From Tubulanus polymorphus (Eukaryota > Animalia > Nemertea): 64,000 bases of DNA. Positions within the stretch are counted from its first letter, which is position 1. Each line of letters starts with the position of its first letter. Shown in pieces: positions 40,200 to 52,300 of the stretch. The stretch lies in assembly GCF_964204645.1 (NCBI RefSeq), contig NC_134027.1, positions 5,426,485 through 5,490,484 of the forward strand. The letters are read 5' to 3'. The notes under the pieces were generated by a model. The model was given only the letters and a program-made list of their open reading frames with translations. It searched no databases and was not told where the DNA came from. Made by a program: the position numbers and the translations under genes.

Positions 40200-42717
40200 T
40201 CAATCGTCGTCGAATTCTTTATCGCTGTAATCATCGGCCCCTTCGTCGTGGTTGTAATGATCTGTAACAAGTTTAAAAAAGCATATTATACGCAATTTCA
40301 TTCACCTGAACTCTTACAGTATCGACGCTTGATCACGATAGATAATACCTGCTAAGCTAAAGCTGGACACAGAAGTAGATGGCGAATTACCTAACGGTCG
40401 ATTTGAGAACGCTGAAATTTGTCCACTTGCAGAAAGCTTTCGTTGCGTTTTACTCGTTGCGGCGTGATGGTACGACTCGTATATCACCGGCGCTGTTGAA
40501 TATAACATCTGATTTGATTAATCAAGACTCTGATTAATCATCAATTCACCAATTTTATACGCGTGTAGCTTCGTGTAGCATGACTGACATTATCAAAAAT
40601 CAACAGATTTTTACCAGTAAAAACAGACGTCATGGATTTACCAGGGGCGGATTTGGGGGTTGGTCTTGGAGCCCTGCATTCTCATGGGTCACGGGCCCCT
40701 GCCTGCCCAATCGGTGTCAAATTGTTTAAAAAAGCTGTAAATTTGACACTCATACTCTTAGAAATTGCACTCTTTCGGATGTGTATCTTTGAAAATATGT
40801 AGAACCGAGAGCGGATCTACACGGAACCTCAGCTAACTGGGCTACTTTGTCTTAAAGTTGCATTTTCTTGTCTTCTGGACCCTTGTCTTCCAATTCTCCT
40901 AGACCCGCCCCTGTTATACGATGTAAACTGAATTACCTGGTCGATCAGTTCCGGTCATACTTTTCTGAATAAATTCGCTGATATCATCTTGTATAATACA
41001 CGATTCAAGACTAATACGAACCTTTTCGTAGTCCTTGCAAAACAAAAGAAATCCCAAAAATTACAATATGATTTTTCAAACATGAACACATGACAAGTCG
41101 AACACCTACATTGTCTAACATGACACACATCTGTGAACAGATATTCGTATGAGCCCAGATCTCATTTCTTAAAAACATAATTCGTTCCTCTTCAATCTTC
41201 TGAAACGCCTAGAATATACACAAAGTGGGATCGATGCCTGTGAAGAGGTGACCAGTTGCTCAAGTTTGGTTAGAGTAAACCTGTGAAAAGGTCAACTGGT
41301 CCCTGGACGTTAAGTCAGTGTTGGATTAAAAATCACATGAGAGGAAGGATAGGTATGAGCAGCGTATTCTGAATGTAACTTCATTTGTTTCTCACCTCGC
41401 AGGCGTATTCCATGTCAACCTCCCAAGTTTGTCGAGCAACTTCAAGATGCTGGATAGATTTGGCGTACGTTTCATCTAGAAATCAAATCAGCCTTGGGAA
41501 TAAATTTCATGCATATACACGGATATCTTACGAGGACATATGGATGCAAGTCCTTGACACCTACCGCACTGTTTTGCCTGTTGCTTAGATTTTTGTTCTT
41601 TTACGTTGGCCTAGATATTTCAAACGAAATTTAAGGTCTTTTGATTATGAGTTTGCGTCTAAATATTGGTGAGACTTAAGTGAAACAAAGTATAAAGACT
41701 ACCTTATCCAGTTCTTTCTTTTGAGTGGAACTACTCTGTCGAAGCATGTTGGCATTTCGTTCCGCCGTGTCCGCTTCTTTACATTTTATTTCATACTGCT
41801 TTTTTGCCTTCAAGTTGATAAGAGTTTTCAATTTGATTAAATGATAATCCAGAAATATTTTCACATTCCCCTATGTATTATTTTTTTTCTTACCATTAAT
41901 GTCTTTTTGTGCAAAGCCTTCTTTTTGTTATGGGCCTTTCCAACTTTATCTTCTTCCTAAGGGTAAATTCAAGGTTTCGATCAGTAAATACCAATATATA
42001 TATGTGCTATCAAAATAATCTTTTACTATAACCCACACTTTGGCGCTCGGTCCTTTGTCTTTCGGCAAGTTTGTTTACTCTACTAATTTCTTCATCCAAT
42101 GCTTTTTCAATTTCAAAATGGCAATGTGCAATATCTTCTAAACAATCCTTTAGAGCTTCCCACGAGTTTCTAAGAGTACTGTAATTAAAAGAGTATAAGT
42201 AACGTTCGGTTACAAACCCTTTACCGATAAGAAGCACATTATCAAAATTCCAATAGTGACCGAAGAATAGTTGATATACAAGTTTTTGTATGTCTGGTTG
42301 GGTATTTTGATTCATATAAGGTACAAACCCTAATTCCTGTTTCCCGCCCATGGATCCAACAAGCTTCATCATTGATTTTGCGTATTCATCCTCAATCTTC
42401 TTTCTATTGAACAAACATGTCAGAAGAAAGGCTATCAGAAAAGATTTTGGATACGTCATTTAGGCCAAATGAAATATTGCTATATACTTATACCTCTGCT
42501 TCAAATAATCCTCGAAATCTTTCAATGTTTTATTTCCATCCTTTAGGCGAGTGCTCAGGGCCTCAATCCCGGCAGTACTGCAGAAGTCAGTCCCCTAATA
42601 CAAATTTTGCTATTATTTTCTATTTTCTGGTTGTTGACAACAGAACATGATTTCAGTGGAAGCTTTTTTACGTACCCAAAATGAGTCAACTAATCTTGTG
42701 CAATGTAGCGAAGCCAT
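40200..42717 (-). CDS. PSTPIP-family F-BAR protein without SH3; many small exons
   Basis: LVDSFW|GTDFCSTAGIEALSTRLKDGNKTLKDFEDYLKQR|KKIEDEYAKSMMKL...|TLRNSWEALK...; AKKQYEIKCKEAD; AFQKIEEERIMFLRNEIWAHTN; DDISEFIQKSMTGTDRP; APVIYESY. The last-exon splice choice is uncertain. Confidence 0.85.
40642..40913. mobile_element. Degenerate MITE with CAGGGGCGG termini in a PSTPIP-like intron
   Basis: CAGGGGCGGAT ... ACCCGCCCCTG. No intact target-site duplication seen. Confidence 0.55.
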
Positions 42718-43017
42718 ACTCTATGTTACCTGCTTGTATTGGGGCTCCCGAAATTTCAATAAGAGATATATAGACCTGTTCCTATACAAAGAAAAACTTC
42801 CGGGAAGTAAATTAGCATTCGTTGATACATGACACTACAAACAGGAAGTGAAATCAAGATTGAATCTCTTATGTAGGTCATAATTTCACTCAGATTTAAG
42901 GGTATCTATTTTTACTTCAAAAGTAAATATGCCTATGTGTGTTTATCTATTTTCTTAATTTGAAAATCGAAAGAATTGTTCTTTAATTCGAAAATATGGC
43001 CCCAGGACGGCAGTGTT

Positions 43018-43208
43018 CGGGCCCGTAGTTGGGGGGGGGGGGGTAATCCTAATAGCGGAACCTAATAACGATATTCGTTCCGAAAATATTGCCGGACGCA
43101 CGAGCGCCGTAAGTGAAGGGGGTAAGGGGTCCTTCCCCAGATTTTGAAATTCATACGCCTGGAGATGCGTTTTTCTTGGACGCAACTCCAGAACTCACTA
43201 CGGGCCTG
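43018..43208. mobile_element. Degenerate MITE between the PSTPIP-like and LamG genes
   Basis: CGGGCCCGTAGT ... ACTACGGGCCTG, flanked by near-direct repeats CAGTGTT / CATTGTT. Confidence 0.55.
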
Positions 43209-43656
43209 CATTGTTTCATGTTTTGGGATGTATTAATGATTTAATGAAAAAGATTTTGATTCTCTGATGAGAATTATTTCAATTGATAAACAAAGTTTCT
43301 GACTAAAATAGGTTAAATTTCATTAAAAGAAGTACCTGAAATCAATTTTTCAAATTAATAAATCATTTAATCTATTTTCCTTATGTGCCCGGAACGCTTC
43401 CGTAGTGAATAATGAACAGTTATGTGTCCAGTTGATTTTAAAGGGTGCCTTTTGGGTCCAGTTTTCTTTCAGAAAAGGGTCATTATCACTGAGTATGAAC
43501 CTAGCGAGAGTAACTTTAGTGAAGTCCATGGAAACCAATTACAACAATATGACCAGTTTTCATTAGATGGACATAAAGTGCGCTGAGAAAATATTTTGTA
43601 GGTTGAATTTTTTCAATCGCTCTACAAAGTTAGCCGCATACCCTTAGGAGTCACAA

Positions 43657-46600
43657 ATGAAGCTACATTGATCTACGTGATGTTTCTTTTCTTCGCTGTC
43701 GTCACTCTCGTATTAGATATTAGCTGTGGTAAGTCTCAGGTGAAAGTCTTATTCACTGCGATTGCATCGCCATTTCAGAATTTTCAAATTCTTACCTCTC
43801 TCGTTCTTGGGCTATACATTGAGAGCTAACCCAGCTTTACTCATGCACATTCTAGGAGCATACGATCATCGTGTGGCCAAATGGACTCTTGACACCACCT
43901 CAGCAACATTGGACGTAACAGGGAATGGCAACAACCCATCAGAGGATTCCTATACTTTTGTTCAAGGCCTCAATTATGATGGCAATGAAGGATTCTTATC
44001 GACATTCGATGGATCCAGCCATAAGATCCGCTTTTCTAAAGAGGACACATCACTTGATATAAAAAACAAACTGTTTGGTTTCACCATCACAGCTTACATA
44101 CGACCAACACAAGTCGCGGCTATGCCTATTTTCGAATGGTACCAAGGGATGTATATTTGGCTGTCTAATAACATGCATATTCAAATTAGTCTAGATCACA
44201 ATACTTTAGATATATCTGACCAAACGGACCCAGTACCTACGAATACATGGACGTTCGTGGCTGTAACGCACGAACCAACTATTGGCCACCTCAGTGTATC
44301 TGTACAAGGTTCAAAATACGAAGCCAAAAATGTGATTTCATTTTCAAATACATCGGGTGATTTCTACATCGGTCATCGACCGGCTGGCTCGGATCCCGGT
44401 AGCCCAAATTACTTTGCTGGACAAATTGGATGCATTAGCATACATGACAAGGGGCTGACTGATTCAGAAGTAGAGGCGGCTCGACTACGCTGCATTGGGC
44501 ACCTCGGTTAGTAAAAATGACTCGTTATAATTTCTATATTTAACAATAGAATAGTGTTTTAATGGCACTGTTTGCACAGATTCGTTTCAGTCTCCAAAAC
44601 TGTATTTACGCCTGGATGCAACGTTTGGAACGAATGATTTATCGAGGAACAGAATCCCGATCACTGACGTCAATGTGCCTTTTCAATTAAGCAGTGGCAT
44701 TGGACCAAACGACTTACCAGGATTCTCCAGTTTCCAGTCGGTAACCGGAAATTCAGTTTTCTACATAAATTCAGCCGACCCCAGTGGACCACTAAATTTA
44801 CAAGGGAAATCATTCACAATCATGGCCTACATCAAACCCACGTTAACCAACTATCAGGTTTTGTGGGGATGGGTGACTGGTAAGCCAATTATTGCATGTT
44901 AATATAAGCCTATCTAATAGTATCAAATGAATAACATGCTTGTTTTGTCCTTTAATCTAATTATCTAGGAGCACGCTTAGGTGTCATAAATAATAAATTC
45001 TATGCCACGTTCGTTGGTAGTAATTACTACAGCACCGAACTTGTACAGAACGCTTGGAATTTCGTTGCCACCTCTTACAACTTAGCCACAGGTTCACTGA
45101 AAATGTATGCGAATGATTCGGTAACTTCGGCAAGTGTTCCGTCATTGACACCTGATACCACTGGTAATATATTGATAGGTGCCATTGTATCGTGGTACCA
45201 GTATCAGTACAGAGGCAATGTAGCCTGCATGTCTTTATTCGAGAAGGAACTCACAAAAATACAAATGGACGCAATTAATGCAGTATTTTGCAAAGGCGAC
45301 AGCGGTTAGTAAACCTGCCTTCTATGGAGACGTGCAGTCATTTAGAAACATATAGGACCTCAAGCTTATCCTTGTGCTTTTTATCTCAAGCAGAACCGAC
45401 AATGGCACCTGTTGCTATGTGGCGATTTGATAAACTATTCGGTACAGCAGACGTGGCCGGCGGCGTACTAGGCGGTACACCACACGGTGACCCATCAGTA
45501 TTCCATGGAAAAGGACCTCGCAATCAAATTTCATTTTACAGCTACGAATTCGATGGTACTGGTGATTACATGGTGGTATGTGAGTCAGAGCAAAGCCTTC
45601 TATCCAGAATATGAACGTGTACTAAAGTTAATTCATCGATAATGCCACCTAGTTTTGAATTTCAGATTCCCAATAATGGACAACTCGATTTCGGAATGCG
45701 AGACTTTACTTGGACAGTTTATTTCAAGATGCAGAGTCGCAAGTACCATACGCTACTTTTATACGATGAGTTAGTTTTGAAGATTACGATGCATATGAAC
45801 GGAGTTCAACAAAACGTTTGGAGTAGATTCGATTCGGGTGTTTATCAGCACCCTACACCATCACCGCTTCATCAGTGGACCTCTCTCATAGTTTCATATG
45901 ACTACTCGGCCGGTTCGTCTGTTCAAATGGCTCGACTGAACGTAATTTTCAACAACAACAAAAAATGAATGCAACCATATATGATTTAACTGGTATCTCA
46001 TTTTAGGTAAACTGAAATTGTGGATGGATGGACAAGCTCATGAATTTAACATCGGCACAAAAAATATGACGATGTCTCAAGATTTGATAATTGGTCGGAC
46101 GTCAGGAACCGGTCTATATGATATGCATGGACGGATTGCGTGTATGGCCATGTACGATAAAGTACTTACCTATGCTGAAATAGAATCACTGAATCAAGTA
46201 TACTGCATTGGAACAGGTATTGAAATCGTAAGAAAAAGTTTTTCAGATTCATAAGTATATTGCTAGTTAACTGTCTTATGGTGATATTGTATTTCAGCTG
46301 AGTCAACAGATGGCCCTCCATTTCCTACAATTGGTTAGTTGTATTATCAGCTGAAATATTTTCTAACAAACACAAGATTGTGTTATGTTGAATCCGAGAA
46401 TCAACTGAAGCAAATTACTTTTTTTAGGATATTGGCCTTTGGATGAAAACAGTACACTGTCTGACCTATCTGAGTACGGCAATAACCTAACAAACTATGG
46501 AGCAATATTGACAGAACTTGATTTTGCTGGTGAAGCTCAAATGGTTTATCTCTTGAACGGCACGAATTACATAAAACTTTCGAACGTCAACAACTTTTTT

Positions 46601-49351
46601 GACTTCGCACAATCTCGAAGTTTTACGTTCTTTCTTTTTGTTCGTCCCAAAAACGTCAGTAATACATACGGGATAATGCAATGGAACAGTGGCGCGTACA
46701 TGAGAGTGAAAGACAACGCATTCGAAGTAAGACTGAATTTAGATTTAGCATTTACGCTCGTTAGTGGACTACAAGATGGATTTTGGAACTTTGTCGGCAT
46801 GGCTTACGATAACGATGACGGCGTTCTGAAATATTGGGTCAACGAGAACGTTGGAACTCAAAATATTGGGAAGATTATTAGTCTGACAACTGGTGATATA
46901 TACTTTGGTGTTCAGCCACCGAACAACAACTATTTCACAGGTTATCTCGGATGCATCCAGGCTTATGATATCTCATTACCGGATTCAATTATTTTCAAGG
47001 CGAAACTGCTTTGTCAGTCTGGTAAGTATATTCATCAGTAACCTGTATTTCGGAACAACGAAACATACAAATAGAAAATCGAAATCAATCCAAAATACCC
47101 ATGAAATACTCACGAACCCGCTTACCTGTACGTACACGAATTACATTGAAAAACCTGGGCTCAGTTTCACAAAAAGGTTTAACTCCTCAATCGATTTAAG
47201 ATGCTAACTGAATCTATAAAGAAATTAAATCGACCTTTTCGTGAAACTGGGCGTGGGCTATGATGATACAGACAAGAAACACAAATGTTTTAAGTAAAAA
47301 ACTAAAAACATCATCGACAAAAATCAAAATATCACTACAAAAACCTTTTTCACGTGATACATTTTCCTTCCGTTCCATTTTTTCTTTTGTTTTAGTGTCA
47401 AAAAGCTTTTATTAGAACAACCCAACATGATACTGAACTCTCCAATTACGGGAGTCACTTCTCGAAGAATGCGGCACATTTTGTAGGAATAGTAGATACT
47501 TCCCTGGAAATAGATATAGCTACATCAGGTCCCGTGACTGGTCGTTATCATTCGATACCTCTTCAAACTAGCACGTCTACAGAATCATAATCTCCTATTC
47601 GTACAGTTAAAACCTCCAATCCTGTACACTATGAATTCATTACCTACATTAAGCAACAGAAAATGATATATATCTAACAAAAAGTGCATGAATACGATAT
47701 TCAACCCGAACAACATTCAACACTACAAACGATAACTATTCACAGCAGGAATTCTGAAAGACAGAAACAGATATATTTGCAGAAAAACTCAACTTAAGTG
47801 TTAGTGCGGTAAAGGGGGGTATAGGATTCATCTTTTTCATCTCTATTGCAGCCACGATCCCAAACACAACAGCAGCAGTTCCGACAACCGAACCGATTCC
47901 CACTCTTGCTCCGGACATCGCCTCTAAATACACATTACTCTTTTTGGTGGACAGCTCTGATTACGTAGGCGAGGGAAACTTTGGCCACGTGAAAAATCTG
48001 GTTCAATCGACGCTCGAGAAATTTACAGGAAACGATGTTAAGATAGGACTTGTGCATTGTGCTGATTCGGCATCTTCGGTGTTTACCGTGGGGCAACATA
48101 CGCTTTCTGAAGTCATGTTACTTCTGCCAACCGAGTTGAAATATCAAGGTTACGTACGAATAATCCTCTTATTATTGAAATGTGCAGTGTTTTAAGGATA
48201 CTGTTCATTCCCTAAATCTCAACCTATTTTCAGGCGGTGATTTCGATTTATTGAAAGCTATCAAAGAGTTATTCGTCCGGCAAACCAACCCTCTTCAAGA
48301 CGTTGAGAAATTGGCGAGTGCGATGGCGTCTTACGAGCAGCTGTACGGATTGAGGGAAACCGTCCGTATGATACGACTTGGCATGATACGTTTGCCGCAG
48401 GCAGTGCCACGGAGCGAAACGCTGGTTTTAGTGACTGGCAACGATCTCTACTACGACAAAGAGGTTAATGAACGACGTGAAAAAAAATTGTAGCCTAGAC
48501 TAGAGTCATGTTAAAGTGGTTGGAGATTAAGAAACCTGTTGATCTTGTTTCAGAAAATAAAGGTGGTCACAGATATCATACATCGCCTAGGAATACAAGT
48601 GATAATAGTTGGTCCATCGTCGCATGTTACCAGTGTACAGGACTACATGAGTTTGATGAATACAGAAACTGATATGATTCTTCTGTCAGATGATTTCGGT
48701 GGTTTACAAGCACTCAGTGATCCAATATTCACTGCCATCACACAACGTCAGTTTGAACGCGATTGAATCCTTTATTTTGATCGATTCTCATTTCATGTCA
48801 CATGTATGCGGTATTGATATAAGATATATGTAATATTATCGTTTATTCTTGAATAGATGTAAAATGTCCAGAAGGATTTTACCAAGCTGGAACATCGTGT
48901 AAACGTGAGTTATTCACAGTTAAAACCGGTGCTCGCATATATAATTGATAAACATAGGGGTTTATCTTTCTTAGGATCCGAAGCCGTGGACTATTTTTGT
49001 CAGTTAGCTGACGGACAGAAATATGCAGCAGGAAGTTCGTGGACAACAAGGTCTTGCTATACGTGGTCGTGCACGAGCGCTGGTCCAGTTGTTACGTCAT
49101 ACGGTAAGCCTGGTCGTCTTTCCAAGTCAAACCGGACTGCATATTACTGATGAATAATGACGTGATGTTCTTATGTTAGGAACTCCGTGATTTCATGTCA
49201 TTCTTTTGCTTCAGGTTGTCGGAATGCTAGAGGTCAATGTCTACCAATTGGATCGAGTAATTTCGTGTGTATTGTGGATGGTGTCTGGTACAGCTCGTGT
49301 CGCTGTACGTATAATGTCCAGACGAAAAGTGTTCAATATACACACAGTTAG
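43657..49351 (+). CDS. Secreted protein: four LamG/concanavalin-like domains, a VWA domain and a Cys-rich C-terminus
   Basis: Signal peptide MKLHLIYVMFLFFAVVTLVLDISC. Four repeats carry W.LD / FTI.AYI.P / WTFVAVT / F.G.IGC patterns (~43857-44506, 44580-45304, 45391-46217, 46429-47021). VWA signature KYTLLFLVDSSDYVGEGNFGHVKNLV...IGLVHC...LVLVTG...LGIQVIIVG. Cys-rich exons end at TAG 49349-49351. Confidence 0.8.
47158..47253. mobile_element. Tiny MITE (~95 bp) in a LamG-gene intron
   Basis: GCTCAGTTTCACAAAAAGGT ... ACCTTTTCGTGAAACTGGGC (20-bp inverted repeat, 2 mismatches). Confidence 0.6.
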
Positions 49352-52300
49352 ACCAGAGGGATCCTTTTTAAAGAATCTGAGATAATTTGCTAGAAAAAAA
49401 CCATATCTACAACTACGGATATAGGTAGAGACAACTTGATCCGTCGAATGCAATGGCCGGAGGAATGTGAAGGCCGAATAACATTTATTTTTTAGATATG
49501 AAATAGATAAATTTACTGTTTACGGAAAAAACATCGACGTTTATGTTGTATCATTTATATTGGACGGACGCTGGGAGAACATTTATTTCGTTAAAGCAAC
49601 AACGAGTAAGACGTAATTTGTATCATCTCTCCGCAGGCATTGTGCGCTAGGTTTGGCAAAACAATCGAGTTAGTGTAAGAAAGATATAGCTCTCGGTTGG
49701 TCATCGATCAACCCCAATTTATGAAGTGGCAGTAGTTGTGACGATGAATAAATCATTCTCTGCATAATGACTGTTTATCATCAGGAAATCCCACTAATGA
49801 TAATCTCTTTAACCGCGATCTATTGTTTTAAGTTCGATATAATCCCAGGGTTTACTGGATAATCATCAGAGTCCAATACACAGCCATAAAATCTCCACAG
49901 TCGCCCGTGATGAACAAAGGCTATAGAATTCTTTATCGTATTTACGATTTCTTTGAGGAAACCAATTCGATTTGGATGCGACGTAAATCTTTCGCCATTC
50001 CTTATCGACGTCATTTAGCTCGATAATTACATACGTTCGATGAATTCTATAGAGCACTTATCTATTTTCTTAACGCTCCAATGAATTACCGATACAGGGC
50101 GACACTGTAATACATGTATTTCCAGCCAGACTCGATTTGTTTTGCTTAATGTCAGCGCTTGTTCTAGTGCTTAAGTCCGAGACAACCGGATTAGACAATG
50201 AAATATTTACAGAAAAATTGCTGCCCCGAGACAATGCATACAAAGCCGATATAACGGCGATCACCACATGGTATGCATAAGAAATCCCTCCATCTGTGAA
50301 AGGAAAAATATCTCAGAAGATAAACCTGATAAGCCGCGACAGAAGTGATAAAAGGAGATCGAGGATGAAATTACTTAATGTTGAAAGATTTCTTTCCCAT
50401 ATGCACGCATAACGCAACAGACACATGATTTTATTGTGCCATAGCAAATAAATCCAAGCACATACACACACATCTAAATGAGTTTTCTGTGTGTGTCTCA
50501 CCCTCATTACGTGGTTATCAATACATTTTTTATGGTGGACGCAGACGGTGGTAAATGCTTGATTACACGGAAGGAAAACCAGTTCATCCTGTAACTAGAT
50601 GTAGATCTGCCCAGTATCCATACCTCATAATGGTCATCGAAATACGTACTTGATAACAAAATACGTATAGAAATGCTCAAATAGTATCTGCGTTTTATTA
50701 GATTAAGCGTTGAAACCTTTGATTTTATTCAAATCGTTCATTGTTCTTTTCCAGCGCTATGTACATTCAGAGATCTTGAGCATCTACGGATCGGTGACTT
50801 AGCACATAATGATTAGTTGCAAGATTGATTGGGGGGAGAAAATGAATTGAATTTCCCTCCCGACATAAATGGGATTGTTAATGTTGACAGTTACATATGA
50901 CACTTAAACAACACAACGAATGAGTCTATATCAATGATATAATCGTTCTGGAGCTTCAAACTTTTCAGTGTCTCGAACAGAAAAAAGATAATAATCGAAA
51001 AAATCTATAGGATTGATGGATTGTGATTCAAATATTAATTGACATTTTTCACCAGTTAAAACTTCTCACGCGAACTTCGTCCTTTAAAGATTTAACCGAC
51101 TTTCGAGCCAGCATATCATGAGACTGGTTCATCACCGTGATGTGACTAGTTCTTATTATCGTCTCGTCAATTATATACAGAACAAAAATGGCTTTGCGCT
51201 CGTGACAAGAAAGAAGAAAGTTGTCTGAAGACAGCCGTTAGATAGAGTGGGCGTAATGATTCCCGCTATAAATTGCAAGAGATGATATTTGCTGAGCAGG
51301 AAAAAGCATGTCAAATGACGAACTTGGAGATTAAAAACCGATTTTATAGCTCTGTCTAAACTTATATAGGGATCATATCACCGAGAATCATGCGTGATAA
51401 TATCAGTAAGTCGAACATCAATGACTACTCAGATCTTCCCATTTTGATGTGAAACCGTTGAAACTCCAAAACCATCTTTGATGAGCGTAGAATCTAATGT
51501 TCACAGATTCGTGGCCGGCCTTTATATTAGCTGATTAAAACGCACGCAATATGATTTATTCCAAAAGTGAGCTTCAGAATTGCAGAATCCTAGGTATAAG
51601 ATGTACATGCCATGGGTAAGATGGATTCGACATATATAACTAAAACGACCTTTCATGGAAAATTATTTGAAAGATCGTCATTATCTTTGGTGGACGATGT
51701 TCCCAGTCGTGTTGCTAACCACCAATCATGGCAGAAAAGATAGCTAGCTGGTATTTCATCAGGCAATTGGTGGAGGCCAATTCACTAGCTTTGTCGGGTT
51801 GTTGGCCGCCGCAACACCGCGCGACACTCGGTTCAAATGTGGCGGTGGATGTCAGTTAGATATAGCGTGACCGTACACCACCGGAGTGTCACGTTTTTCT
51901 CTTGCTGGAATATTGATGTATATGGCAAATTCCTTTAGGCTAATACAATTAATTCACCGGATTTATGGTAAGTAAGTTAATTCAAGTATTCTCTTCCTTA
52001 GGGGAAGTTACGAATTTCTAAAAATACTAACTGAAACCAACATTCAGAACACAGATCTTCCGGCTTTAAAACTATCAATGCTTTGCCATTATTTCACTTC
52101 AGCGAATAAAGTTAGATTTAGTTAAATGTATTGTATTGTATTTGATTGGTAGGTTTACACATATAGTTCACATCTTTTTCTACTGTTGTATTCGTCAATA
52201 TATATTTTCCTATGAATTAATTTTGACCTCCTGTTTTGACTGCACATCGTAAAAAACAAGAGCAATAGGTTTTTGAATATACCGCAATCTCGCAATATGT

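Noticed and set aside
49820-50590. Possible small spliced gene on the minus strand
   Set aside because: Splice-like sites and short ORFs exist, but I could not build a convincing in-phase model or recognise a domain. It needs RNA-seq.
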